NCBI GenBank assembly: GCA_965644295.1 | Contig: CBFFRP010000283.1 | Span: 17,799-81,798 of the forward strand | Length of the DNA: 64,000 nt | Reading direction: 5' to 3' | From: Paraphysomonas bandaiensis | Taxonomy: Eukaryota > Protista > Chrysophyceae | In this document: positions 12,001 through 25,100 of the stretch, piece by piece | Numbering within the stretch: position 1 is the first letter of the stretch | How the letters are laid out: each line of letters starts with the position of its first letter | The notes under the pieces: generated by a model | What the model saw: only the letters and a program-made list of their open reading frames with translations | The model's database searches: none | Told to the model about the DNA's origin: nothing | Translations under genes and position numbers: made by a program

Positions 12001-12947
12001 AAGACGCTCCAGAAGTGTGTACGAGGCAACACACACTTTCCCGAACACCCGATCTCCAGCTTTACGTACTACACATACATCTTTAGGCAATAGCCAGCCC
12101 GCACTGTATGCAGCTATCTCGGACTCCCAGTGCTTCAGAATAGATGGAGGGGTCAGAACTAGTGCTGGTAAATGAGCTCTATACTGCTGCATCACCGCTA
12201 ATGCCTCAAGTGTCTTTCCACAACCCTATGCACAACATTCGATTATAATACCATGGAAACCGCAAGCACTCACCATTTCATCTCCAATCATCGCCCTACC
12301 CCCTCGTCGGATGACGAATTCCAGACACTCCATTTGAAAAGATAAAAGGGTGTCAGCAATGCTACCAAGAAGATCTACGTCTGGTACCGTCGTAGGAAGC
12401 GATGCAACAAACTTTTTAATTCCGCGTACCAAGAATTTAGGTAATTCTGACACAACAATTCGAGAAGAAAATTGGCTGGAAAGAAGCGTCGATACAATTT
12501 GGTCATACATTGCAAAATCAAAGCTCCACATCCTTAAAGATTCGGTGTATTTCCTGTGCTCTTGTGGTATGGTTTGAAAGAAAGCTACTAACTCTGGATC
12601 AACAGGACATTGGACATTGAACCATACTCTAAACGGAGGACCTGAAATACCTCAAGTCAATAGAAATTCCACAAAACAAACAGAAATATATAACCTTCTT
12701 CAAACTCGCCACATATCATCTTAGCTGTTATCTTCCCCACCCCGGCTGTTCCCTGAGGACCTGAACTCGACTTGATGCGCTGATATCTGGAAGTCGGTAC
12801 GCCGCCGCGTATGGAGTCTTCCACCCAGCAAAAGAACCCACACATGGAAGCTGCACAGGAGTAAAATTGACGACCAAAATTTGGGCTATTCGATTTGGCC
12901 ACAGTGCGGATAACCACTGGTTCAGGAGGGCTGCAAGAACAGTTCAT
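9097..12947 (-). CDS. SMARCAL1: SMARCAL1/HARP-like SNF2 annealing helicase with N-terminal GRF zinc finger (multi-exon)
   Basis: GRF finger ([18 protein letters not shown]); HARP-like segment ([29 protein letters not shown]); spliced GDEMGCGKT; IADESH; [17 protein letters not shown]; MIRRLKSEV; KVLVFAHH; YIRIDGS. Confidence 0.8.
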
Positions 12948-13409
12948 ATCACCACTGGACGGGTGTGAAGTGGACTACAATGAAGGGGATTCGTATATGT
13001 ACATATAACTCCGCGATATTATACAGTTCTTATCTACACAATGTCTCCTTATGTCTCCTAATGAACATCTCTATATGTGATATATATATCAATAATTAGC
13101 ACTGGATCTGACCATTTGCTCATTGGGACAGTATACTATGGTTATACCGCATATTCAATGACCTGTAGAAGAAGTTAGAAGTGATTCGAAATATTATCCA
13201 ATGATATATGTATATTTTTTATTGATTGGTCATAATGTGCAATGTCGAGAGTTTTATAGTATATTTTTAGAGGCCGAAATGATGTCTCATTGTGGTGTCA
13301 TCTATAGGCACCTGTCGATCACATAAATGTTTTGGTAACCGTTCACATCGCGCTGCATATGTTTACTCTTTATGTCCTGCACTCGCTGCTATACGCCTGA
13401 TCCTATAAG

Positions 13410-14822
13410 ATGATCATCTTGCAGCTGAACGTATGCGTTCCCATACTATTAACACTCTCACTAGCAGCTGCATTGAGGCCTAACATTATTATTATCCTAG
13501 TCGATGATGCTGGATATGATGATATCAATGGAACTCATAGCCCCACCCCTCATATTAATTCGATAGGAAATAATGGCGTTATTTTTTCTAATGCTTATGT
13601 CACTGCCCCACAATGCAGTCCGTCGCGACTGGCGCTTCTCACTGGTCGTTATCAACAGCACTTTGGCCATGAAACTAACCTTGAGTTTCTTGTTGGAATG
13701 TCAAATGAAAGCACCAAGATTATTCCGCAGTTTTTGCCCCATGACTACGCAACCGCCATGATAGGGAAATGGAATCTAGGCGATATACCTAATGCGCCGG
13801 GGAAGCATGGTTTCAATGAAACATTTCTTTATCGACATTGCGATGAAGCTTTTGCTCGGAATGAATCATTAATGATTGGCGATATTCCTGTTCGTGGACG
13901 GGAATTCAGTACTAGCCTAATGTTTTCCCGCGCTGAGCAGTTCATAGAACGACAGGTTTCTCGCACTGTACCATTCTTCTTGTATTTAGCTCCAATGTCT
14001 CCACACGTGCCCCATGTGTACCCACCCTGGTATGCCTCTGTGTTCGAGGCACAGGATCCGTCTCTTCCTCTTCCCCGTCGGCGGGTTCTTACAATGATGA
14101 GAGAGATAGACGATGGGATTGGGAGAATCTTAAAGAGTTTGAAGGACCAAGGGGTTTTCCATGACACGATGATTGTATTTGTTAATGATAACGGTGCCCC
14201 GCACTTAGGAGGTGGGTCAACTACTACTTCCCCTAATCGACCGTTCAGGGGTTTCAAAGGCGATACCTTGGAAGGTGGGGTGCGTGTCCGGATGCACGTA
14301 CAGTGGACCAAGGAAATATTAAAAGGCCAAGTTGTAAACGACCCGGTGAGCTCACTTGATATACTTCCTACTATTGTAGATATTACCCGTTCAAAGCAAT
14401 CTGCTCTCAGTGTGCGTGATGGTAAGAGCTGGATAGAATACATCCGTGCTTTCCAGAGGGTTCCCGTGAAGTCACACTGGGACCGAACACTCTTTTGGAG
14501 GTTCCACATGGAGTGTCGGGAGGAAAAGCGGGCAGTGAGAGAGGGCGATTGGAAATGGGTCTGGTATGACCAACAGCAAAGTGACCAGCAACTGTATAAT
14601 ATTACTGCGGACGTAAGTGAGTCCCGAAATTTGGCTGCTATGTACCCGGATATTGTCGCAGAAATGAGAACGAAGTACGAGAGGTGGCAAGCTCAGTTTC
14701 CTCCTATTCCACGGAAGCCCAAGTCACAAATAGAGTGTCAGCAGCAGCACAAACATCATATTCACCATGTAACCGTTGCCACACATAACAGGTTTCACAC
14801 TACAATGCAGAAGGGTAGTTAG
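13410..14822 (+). CDS. Secreted arylsulfatase-family sulfatase (intronless)
   Basis: Signal peptide, RPNIIIILVDDAGY, catalytic CSPSR (CxPxR) with LLTGRY, GKWNLG, NDNG, GFKGDTLEGGVRV and LYNITADVSESRNLA. Confidence 0.92.
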   Translation: MIILQLNVCVPILLTLSLAAALRPNIIIILVDDAGYDDINGTHSPTPHINSIGNNGVIFSNAYVTAPQCSPSRLALLTGRYQQHFGHETNLEFLVGMSNESTKIIPQFLPHDYATAMIGKWNLGDIPNAPGKHGFNETFLYRHCDEAFARNESLMIGDIPVRGREFSTSLMFSRAEQFIERQVSRTVPFFLYLAPMSPHVPHVYPPWYASVFEAQDPSLPLPRRRVLTMMREIDDGIGRILKSLKDQGVFHDTMIVFVNDNGAPHLGGGSTTTSPNRPFRGFKGDTLEGGVRVRMHVQWTKEILKGQVVNDPVSSLDILPTIVDITRSKQSALSVRDGKSWIEYIRAFQRVPVKSHWDRTLFWRFHMECREEKRAVREGDWKWVWYDQQQSDQQLYNITADVSESRNLAAMYPDIVAEMRTKYERWQAQFPPIPRKPKSQIECQQQHKHHIHHVTVATHNRFHTTMQKGS

Positions 14823-16070
14823 TTAGACCAGCAGCCATGACTTTGAATATTGTATATATTTTTATCACTTTTAGAAAATATATTTATGGACTTTGTTGAG
14901 TACATATCATTGTATTCGTATCGGAGATGTTTTGCTTGCGATTTAATAGTACAATACCTTCCATCTATGTATTTGTGTGGTATTTCTTAATAGTATGCAA
15001 TAGTTCCTGCCACCTACAAATCCGTAACCGTGTTAAATTATACTTGGTTTATAATGGTTGGTTACAGCATATTAAACTGCACACGGCAACAGAGTCTGGA
15101 AAACGACAGCTGTACAAGACCAACAAACAAGTATGATCAAGTAAGAATCCGAGAACCAAAAATAACATTTTGAATATTACCCCAAAGTAATAAAACATAA
15201 ATAGTGTGGTACTTCTTTCATTTACTACAAATAAAACGCTAGATCAAGCGATAAAAGAGACGTGGCCACGAACTAAATTCTTTCCTCTGTGAAGCTGAAA
15301 TCAAAGTTTACGTATCTGTACACGATAACCAATAAATGATAAATGGATCTACGATATACCCTGCCTAGGAGATGAAATTATTCGGTTCGTCGAAATTATG
15401 CAATCGCTGGACTGGTAAATAGCCATTAAGGCGCCAAGTGAAAGACTCTCTGGTATGTGTCACACGTATACCCAATATCTGTTACACAACTTTCAAACTA
15501 GATATCTCGCTTGGTTTTCCCGAGTTCAGAGCTGTTTGCAGTGATAGGTGTTGTAGTATATTGCCTGGATAGTCAGAAGTGTATCATGTACCACATAGAA
15601 GGATATATAGATGATAACGAGAGAGTCAGGATGATTCTGAGTGTGTGAATAATTCCTCGGATTGCATTTTCACTCTCGGAAACAATGCTATAACCATTGA
15701 GAGTGAAGGAATAATTAAATATCTGGTCGCCTTCAGGAGATCTGCATGGATGTGTAGCATGTTCTGTACTCCATACTCCCTCTGCCTGCTATACGCTATA
15801 GAGCAGACGAGTACATATGACACCAAGTGGTATACATTGGAATACAGCTCGTCCTACATTCATATCTAGCGTATCGTTACATCGCTCAGTTGTATACACT
15901 GATAGATAGAGTTCAGTATGTAAACTGCAGCTGCAGGAGCCCCTCAACTTGAAAGAAAGTGAAGAAGTTGTCATAGGTATGTAGATATCTAGACATCATA
16001 CGGTGATAAGCTTACAGTAGAGTCTGTCTGAACAATATCTCATTAATATATTTACATAGACGATAGAGGA

Positions 16071-18067
16071 ATGGGTGGGGGGGTATCTCAACCTCAAGGT
16101 GATGATATAGACAAAGAAGTGGTTGAGATTGGGATCAAAGGGCTTCCTGAGGCGATAGAGCAGGCTATATTTGTCCATGAGAGGTATCCAGTTATAATCG
16201 ACCCCACAGGGAAAGCACGGATGTTTTTGAAGTACCAGCTTGGTTCCTATATACGTCATAAGGAATTCTCTCAGACGAATTTGAATCGATCATTAGCAGG
16301 AGCGTTACTTCATGGCAAGACTTTAACTGTCGCATTTGAGGACTTGAATGGAATATCATACGAGTTTTTTGAGCCAGGATATTTTCCTAAAGAGGTTTTA
16401 AATCGTGCTGAGCTTTACAAAGATGGTGTGTGGCAGACGATATTCAAGCCGGAAGAAGGGGATCCCTGCATTGAAGATATTACACCATCTCCAGAGTTTG
16501 TCTTTGTTTTATGCACTGCTTCTGATTTTGTTCCGGCGGAACTATTCGAGTATATGAGAGTTATCAAAGTTGTAGATCAAGACAATAAAAGCGACGATCA
16601 AGCTGACAATGAACTGGAACAAATCGCTGGTCTGTATGGTGCGACGGAAGTAATTAGGTGATATTTTACTATGGGACGTGGTTCGTTTAGAATAATGTTT
16701 TTTCTATTATATATAGAAATAGCACCGCAGTGGTGGAAGCAGGATTCGATGGTGACATCGAAGAATTGAGCTCACTAGTCGAGAAGGGTTATCACATTGA
16801 GTCTCGAGATGGTCGGAAGCACACAGCCCTATCTGAAGCCGCTTGTCAGGGCCACATTCCTATGATACAGCATCTCATTTCACAAGGTGCTGACCCGAAT
16901 ACTGCCAATGACACCGGACGCACACCGGTGTGGCGGTCCTGCTTTAATGGCCACATGGAGGCCGTCAAGGTGCTATTAGAGGCTGGAGGAGACCCAGACT
17001 GCCGCGATAATACATCAATGGAGACTGCTTATGATGTTGCAAAGACAGATGAGATTCGTGAGCTCATTGTAAGTAGTATACACTGACAATTATATTTTGA
17101 CTGTGTGGACTCAGGGCGGCTGGGATAGGAGTATCACAGAAAAACTCAAGGAAAAGCGCCGACAAGAAATACAGGCCAGTGCCGAAGCTCGTATTCGCAC
17201 GTCAGCGGAGAGAGAAGAATTAGCAAGACAGAAGCTCCGATGTGAGGCAGTTGAGCTAGCAACCGCTAAAGATCTTCCTGGTCTCAAAGAATTCTTCAAT
17301 ACGATAGTAAGCGAGGCAGAGCAGACATCCACGAAACCCAGGTAAATAGACCACGTGGTGCGTTGTATGCTATAGCTTATAGTGTGTAGGTTGACAGTAG
17401 AATGTCGGAATAACACTGGTCAATCACTTCTCTCCATTGCGACTCAAAACAATGACGTGCCTATGGTCGAGTTCCTGCTGACCCATTGGAAGACTTGCGA
17501 TATGGATCGGTGGGATTTGTCGGAGGGGGAGATGAGTGTCGAAGCGAAGGTGTACAAGACCAACCCGAATTCAAGAGATCTCAAGGGGTGGAGCTGCGCG
17601 TGCATAGCAGTATTTCACGACTCACGAGCAGCATTGGCTCTCTTATTGGAACATGGGGCTGACCCTAACCTCCGCTCTTCCTATAACAAGAACGCATGGG
17701 ACCTTGCCAAGGTACGACGCTGTATATCAGAACGAATGTATCGTAAATTTCATGGAAATAGGACGAACTGGATGCAGCAGAAAAAGTAGTTCGCAGTCGG
17801 AAGGAAATTAGGCAGGTGCTAATAGACCACGATAACTCTTCAGCTACTTTATTCGGGAGGAGCTCATCCCAACAAGCAAAAGAATGTAACATGTACAAAG
17901 ACCTAGGGGAAGATGGCAGCCCTATTGTGATGCAGCAAGAAATGGAGAAAGAGATGCAAGGCTCTACAAGTAAGCCTGCCTCAAATAAAGGAAAAGGAAA
18001 ACCTACTAAGAAAGACGGGAAAAAAGAGTCTTCTGTTAGTAAAAAGAAGAAGGGTGGGAAGAAATAG
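16071..18067 (+). CDS. Ankyrin-repeat protein, IQANK1-like (about 6 exons)
   Basis: Ankyrin repeats (KHTALSEAACQGH, GRTPVWRSCFNGH, GQSLLSIA, LLEHGADPN), an N-terminal YPVIIDPTGKA segment and a Lys-rich tail. Short GT-AG introns link the ORF pieces. Confidence 0.7.
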
Positions 18068-18519
18068 TTTAATAGTGTTTCATGTGTGTTCTACTACAAT
18101 ATTTTGAAGTGAAGTCCTCTGAGCTGTGTTTAGTTCTGCTGTTTGATACGTATTGTGCGATTGAAGAGAGTTAACAGTGTGGAATAGGTGTGACGAGAAC
18201 ATTGTAGAAAAGGGTGAATTTAGTTACGAAGGAAGTAAATTCAGTTACTGATGTATGTCTAATGTTTACGTATTACGATATTTATGCATGTGCTGTTGAC
18301 TCAAGATCATATGATAAACATATGTGACGGAAAGATTTTCTCCAGATATTACATGAATATTATGTGCAGTGTTTAGACCAATGTTTTCAATACTTTCATG
18401 TATATGGATATCTTAGAATTTAGCGTTGTGTGCAATAAAGCAAGTTAAATGTTGATATTAATTTTTTATAGTACAAAACCAACTGCCATGACATGACATG
18501 CTCCAAAGCAATGCATCTG

Positions 18520-19580
18520 AGAGGGCGTGCTGCAAGTTGTATGAAGTGAAATCATTCAGCTCAGCCTTGGTCGAAATAGAGCCAAAACAATATGTGGCCT
18601 TGATCCCGACAAGACTACATGCACCGATTGTAGCTACCTGCTAGATTCTCTAAAACATAATAATATGTTCCTTGACTGCACCCGTGATTCTGTCACTCTA
18701 ATACGAGATTCGGCCTTTTAGATGCACTAAGAAAGGCGTGAAGAATCCTTACGACGCGAGACACTGCCGCCTTGGATCACCCCGGTGTATGAACGATCCT
18801 CTCCAGTAAAGCGCGGGACTCATCATTCCCTCAAGTTGAAAGATTCTGGACAGACACCATAACTCAAACCTCAAACTCTACTCAAAGCTGTCTGTGGCTC
18901 ACAAATTCACTGCAGTCTGACCTCGTTTGCAGCGGCCAAACAGATGCTTCAAGGTCGCAGTTAACGCAACGCTGCTTTTTTACTTGAGGGTTCCACACAG
19001 ACTTCCTCCCAGAGGACGTAGTAATCAGTGACTCAGGCAAAGATATCCGCCATCTACAATTCGACTTCCAACTATCGCCACACAACCACACTTCGGACCC
19101 GATGGTGCCTCAGCAGAGAATCACAGCTGGGCGAAGGAACACATCCCAGCTCTATTTACATGACACGTCCAATAATGTATATACTGCAGTCAGCGGTGCC
19201 CCGAGACTCTACATTGCACCATCCATCACTCCCTCGGAACACTATCCTCTCATCTACATAACGCTGACCCTCCCTTAAGCTTCGTGGAACCTTACCCAAA
19301 GGGCGCCCCCCTGATCAACCGCACGTTGACACCGAAGGACTATACGTCCGTGGGCAGCTCCCACACATACTCAAGAGCGAAAGTGGTTGCACCTTAGTGC
19401 TTGCGGTGACGCACAAACAGCTTTCGTAGCGTTACATTATTAATAGGGGATGAGAATTTGTACTTGTTAGTTGCAGGTAGACGCCTATCTAGCCTGACTA
19501 GTTTTCATCTAGCTTCTTATCTAGTGCAGATTCTTGACGTCTATTGCCGCTAATAATACGACTAGAATAAAGACTGTTCA
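18520..19580 (+). mobile_element. Decayed 3' fragment of a related non-LTR retrotransposon
   Basis: Interrupted translations LGRNRAKT, MFLDCTRDSVTLIRDSAF, PQVERFWTDTIT and FAAAKQMLQGR mirror the ORF2 C-terminus at 4393-5300. The 3' tail motif is at 19376-19445. Confidence 0.8.
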
Positions 19581-19866
19581 GGTAGCATTTTATATTTGTT
19601 AGTAAGCTGACGCAGACTTCTACGTCATGCATGATATGTATACACCAGTGCAGGGGCGCCCATAGACTCTACTCTGCGTTTATATGTCTAATCTGAATTT
19701 ATAAAACCTGGAAAATATCTTCTACCAGCTCTTCAAAACTGACATTTATGGGCACTATAATGTAGCAAACACTTGTCGATTACAACATTCGTCTGCATTC
19801 ATTAACAACACGACACACCGCAAAAGCCTGAACTACAACTAGAACTCTGTCGCTGCCTCTTAGAAT

Positions 19867-21678
19867 CTAAGCACCTCCACGTCCCTTAAACTTGTTAACA
19901 CCTTTTCTCATCCCTCTACCCATCATTCCAGCCATACCCCCGCCACCCATGGCTTCGGATACCATGTTCTTTCCTCTACCCCCTCCACCAGGACCTAACC
20001 CTACGCCTTGCGATGGGGCGCCCGGCTTCTCGCTTTGTGGATTTCGAACGGTCTCATCTATTCCCAGTATACAGCACGCAGCCTCGGTTGCGGCAGCAAT
20101 TGAATTGAGCTTGTTGGAAGCGGGCTCCCACACTCCCACTTCCAGTGTATTGCAAATGCCTTCATTGAGCACATCCACTCCCATCCATACTCCTGAACCA
20201 TCAACACCAGTGGCATGCTCTTTGCGTAAAAGATTGAGAACATCAGTACTATCAATACCAGCGTTGTCTGCAAGCTGTCGTGGGATCACCTCCAGGGCAC
20301 GGGCAAAAGAAGTCACAACCAGCTGCTGTTTGCCCACAATTGTCCTTGCATGCTCCCGCAGCACCTTTGAGAGTTCTAGCTCTATCGCTCCACCACCTGC
20401 AACGATGGATCGGCTGGCCAGAGTGCGCTTGACAATCATGATGGCATCGTGTACAGAGCGTTCAGTTTCCTCGAGGAACTGTTCACCTCCCCCACGCAAC
20501 ACAATGGTGGCGGTTTTTGCCTTCAGACATCCTTTGAAAAAGTTGTACCTCTCATCACCGAGACCTTTCTCCTCAAAGAGAGCACACTCGCCAAGGACAT
20601 CGCCTGTGAGCCCATTTACAGAGGTTTGTACAGCAGCGCCAGTGGCCTTGGAGACTCTATCAAGGTCATCCGTTGCCACTCTTCCTGCACAAAATATTCC
20701 CCTATCGGCGAAGTACTGTGTAGCAAGATCACCGATTGGTAAGCGAGAGAGAACCACATTGGCGCCACACTTTACGCAGTTATCAAGCTTCTCATAAATA
20801 ATATTCCACTCAGCATCCACAATAGACTGGTACTGGTCGGGGTCAGTGATGCGTACCTCAGCATTTTCTTTCTCGCTCTTTAGTTCCAGCTCTACATTTA
20901 GCAAAAGAATCTTCGGTTTGTTTAAGTGCTTCGGCTGTTGTTCAAACCCCGCATAAGCAAATGTTTTCTTAAAGGCCACACCATCGATGAGCTGGGAGTC
21001 CGTTACAGATCCACCAGTAATTTTCTTAATCCCTATGAGCTTGATGTCGCAAAACTGCTGATCAAGAGACATTACCGCATCTACAATCATTGGGGAAAAT
21101 ATGTGTTTCTGTCTGGCAATAAGTTTAGAATTTAAGGCAGTACCAGCACACTTCTCCAGTAATGCGCGGAACTCTTCACCCTCGCGCTTAATCGCTAACT
21201 TCTCTATAGTCTTGCATGCAAGGAGGGAGGCCTCGCGCAGCCCGCGAATAACAATACGGGGATGTAAGCCATCCTCAATGAAGTCCTTGACTTCCTTCAA
21301 TATCTCTGCTGCAAGAAGCACCACAGAGGTTGTTCCATCTCCTACCTCAGCATCCTACTCAATGCACAATATATTAACACAGAATAAACGAACACCCTGA
21401 ACAGTGCCTCTGACCTGTGCCATGCTGATATCCACAAGCGTCTTAGCGGCCGGATGAACGATATCCAGCAATTTCATTATAGTTGCACCATCATTGGATA
21501 TTGTAGTTTTCTGACCATTACTCATCAGTTTATCCATCCCTCTTGGTCCCAGTGTTGTGCGTACAGTCTCTGCCACAGCCATACAAGAATTAATATTTGA
21601 CACAATTTGAGACTTTCCCTGACTGGTGTCAGTTCCCTCTCTCAACAGGATTATCTGGGGTTGAAAAGCCGTATTCAT
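19867..21678 (-). CDS. CCT7: T-complex protein 1 subunit eta (chaperonin CCT7); one 60-bp intron 21355-21414
   Basis: [17 protein letters not shown]-terminus, [18 protein letters not shown], spliced [28 protein letters not shown] and [17 protein letters not shown]. Confidence 0.95.
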
Positions 21679-22184
21679 GATGGTATCAAATCACTATATC
21701 AGCCTCTCTAGTGTATAATTCGATTTAAAATGCATGTCTGATGTGCACCTCATAATTCCTCAGTGCCGAATAGGGTGAAAGATGGAATACTGTATGTATA
21801 CAGTTCAAATACGTTTCTGGACATGAATAAGATAGAAGATGGGTGTACAGTTGCTGTGTGTACACTCCTTGTAGAGACATTTTCAGTATATTGAAAAAAT
21901 TTCAGTCTTCAGTTTTCCGTTTCATTTCTATAGGCTGGTATGAGTTGCAGTGTGTCGTATATAGCAATGGAATGATATTTAAGCTGGTAATGTTTGTATC
22001 ACATCATGATGAATTGCTTGAGTAAATAGTCTATACCTCACCAACCTCCAGATTTGAGTATTTTATTGTCGTTAATTAGATATCGTTATTGTCATAATGT
22101 CTTGTGTTACAAATGCATTAATGTATTGTTACATCAGTGACTGAAAGTTGAGTATATTCATCCATATCTCCCCATTCATAAAAT

Positions 22185-25100
22185 ATGAATCGACCATTGA
22201 CGACAGACGAGAAGCCGTTTTTCAAGCCTAGAAAAACGCCCTTTGTTCCTCAGTCGCCATATGGAAGGCCGATGACGTCGTCTATAAAAATTGACAAGTC
22301 GTCCATCATATGGAGAGACTTTTTGAATGGGGTTAAGCGACGAAAACGCCTTCTGAATCATATCAGAAGCGTAGCGATAGATGAAAATGACCTTACATCT
22401 ACTTTGAAAAGGCTTTTAATGGAGGTCCGTCAAATTACACTTAAGGTTATAGAGGACGCATTGGAGATAGAGTATCGTTCTCAGTTTGGTGAAGTAAAAG
22501 CCCCAATACGCGCAGGAACTGCGATGCAATTACCACCATTGTCGAGTTTTAGAGGCTTAGAAGGGAAAGAAGACTTATATATGCTATCTGACATCGTATC
22601 GGACTGCGACGACTTATATAAGATGCCTAACATACAGGCATTTTTGCCTCTCGACTTTCCACATACGCGCAACCCGTTCATTTTAGGGAAGGATGTGGAC
22701 GCCCTTGCGGTACTAGACTGCCCTAGACCTGAAGCGGGAAACATGGCTATGGAATTAAAGGCTCTTGAGTTTCTACGTTACAAGCGCGCCGCAAAGGCTC
22801 TTTTGCGGGCAGAAGCACAGGTGATGAATAGAATGCCCCTCACACTCGAAGACGTTGAATACCTCTGGCAGCAGCTGCCCAAGGACAGGAACGCCAGCAT
22901 TCTTGTTCGTTCTGTCATAACGCTGCTTCATGAGGATAACACTCACCACTCTCAGCGTGGTCCAGAGCTTCGATATCTTGTGGACGATGCTATATATGTA
23001 GATCCACCGGAGTTTCTTCGTCTGCTGAATAAGTACGAGAAGGGGGTTGTATACAGTATCGATCTCCTTGCTGCTGTGCGCCACGTTCTCAAAGAATGCT
23101 CGACTAAAAATTTTACTGACATTGCGTCAGCATATCTTACAGAATGGGTTAGATTAATTGTGGGGATCAATTGTTTCAAGGGAGAGGGCCCCGGAATGCA
23201 CCCGGAGAGGGCGGAACAGAGAAGTTCCAGTCAGTCCCCGAAGAGAAAGAAGCGGGCACAGTCCACATCTCCTCCCAAAAAAGGAAAGTCTTACAAACGG
23301 GAAGAGTCATCAGATGCGGAATCGATTGGCTCTACATCGAAGTCTACGCGTCGTGGTAAGAGAAATGACGAGGGAGGGTTTGGAAAAAAGAAATCGGGGA
23401 TGAGGGCTTCCATTGACTCTCAGGATAGCATTAGTGTAGATGATAGCACTCCACAAAAGAAAACTTCTAGTAAGCCATCACCTGAAAAAAAGAAGAAGAA
23501 GAAAAAGGAAACAGCAGCTGCTTCCTCAGATCCACTGAAGGACCTTATGAAGATAGGGCCTAAGAAATCGAAAAAGGGGCGTGTCGACGATGAGGATGTA
23601 TCCATGGACCAAATTAATGCACTTAAGTACGAGATCATTAAGATGCAGCAGGAATTGCTCAAGCGTAAGATTCTTGACCCAAAAAATTTCGGCGTTCTTC
23701 CTGCGAAGATGTATGGTCCAACTGTGGCTGCTGCTGATGAAAAGGATTCCTCAAAGAGTGTTGGCATTGGAAAGAACGCCGCGAAAAAGGTGGACCCGAT
23801 GGAGCTTATGGCTAAGGTAGAAGTTGAAGAAGCTGGAGAGGAGCCAGAGTTTGTTATGGAACTGCGGAAGAGTGCGGAGCGATTGAATGCACTGGTGCTG
23901 CTGCGTGAGCCGATGCCTCTTAGATTTAGCAACGGTGGATTTGTGGAGGTTTTGGTTGATTCCAACAAGTCCACCATATACACCCAATACCGACGCACAA
24001 TAGAAAAAAATGAAGAGGAAGACGATTCTTATTCGGACGACGGACTGGAAGAGCCAACCAAGGAGCAGCAAATCATTGTTTTTAACGCACTCAATAAACT
24101 CCTCTTCGACAGGCTTACGGGGCTAAAGATTGACCCCATTGTGGAGATGCCAGAGAAGCTTAGGGCTAATCAATTGTCCGGATTCTTGGGAACTGTTCAA
24201 CGGCACTTGGACCGACTGGGAAAACCAGATGTTCTCCGACAGCAACTGGTGTACGATATAGACATGTGCGTTGTTAGCGAAGTTCTTTCTTCAGGCAATA
24301 TTGCTGTAGATGTAACTATTGAAAGAGTGGAAAGTAGCCCAGGGCTTGCTGTGCGTGCCATACCCCGGTCAGGTTCTCTTTATTCCGCGGAGAGAATGGA
24401 CAATACACCAATAACTCTATTCGTTCATGACCGGGAGCTGATGGTTCTCCTCATCAATCAGAGGGGACTCTACACATTGGCACTCACAAAATGGAGCTGC
24501 TTGGAAATGGTGGCAAGGTGGTTGCTAGGACGTATCAAAATCAATAGAATTCCATTTCCTATATATAAAAGCCAGAACAAAGTAGGTTTCGACAACACGG
24601 GACGAATTGCAGATGCGACAGAAATAGATGACAATGTTACAAAAACTTATTTTGAAGTAGATATTGACAGATCAGTTGATTTGATGCCAGAGGTGAAAGA
24701 CTTCTGGAGGGCTCGTAGTGTACCAACTCTGAATGGCGTAGTTGTGGAATGTGATGTGACTGCTCACCAAGACCTCGAAATGTTGTACATAACTGTAGAT
24801 GTAGAGCTCTTGTTTCTTCATCCTTCAGTAATAGAGCGCAGGAAGAAAGAAAAAGAAATAGCGAATGCCAAGAGAGCAAAGTTGATCAGGTTTGTGACTC
24901 CTTATGATGACGACCACGCGCTGGACCAGGAGATTGAAAACACCTGGGACATACCGTTCGAGACTGATCCAGAGGTCGAACGACATCACCTGAAATTCTC
25001 GTTTGGTCTCACTGGTGACGAACTCCTAATGTTTGGTTGTGGAGAATCGTTGGACGACAAGAAGATCAAATCAAAGGATCAGGGATACCAGTCGAACACT

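Noticed and set aside
19892-20797. Long antisense ORFs over CCT7 (similarly over the sulfatase, CDC48, DENN gene and LINE)
   Set aside because: Shadow frames of real coding sequence with no recognisable motifs.
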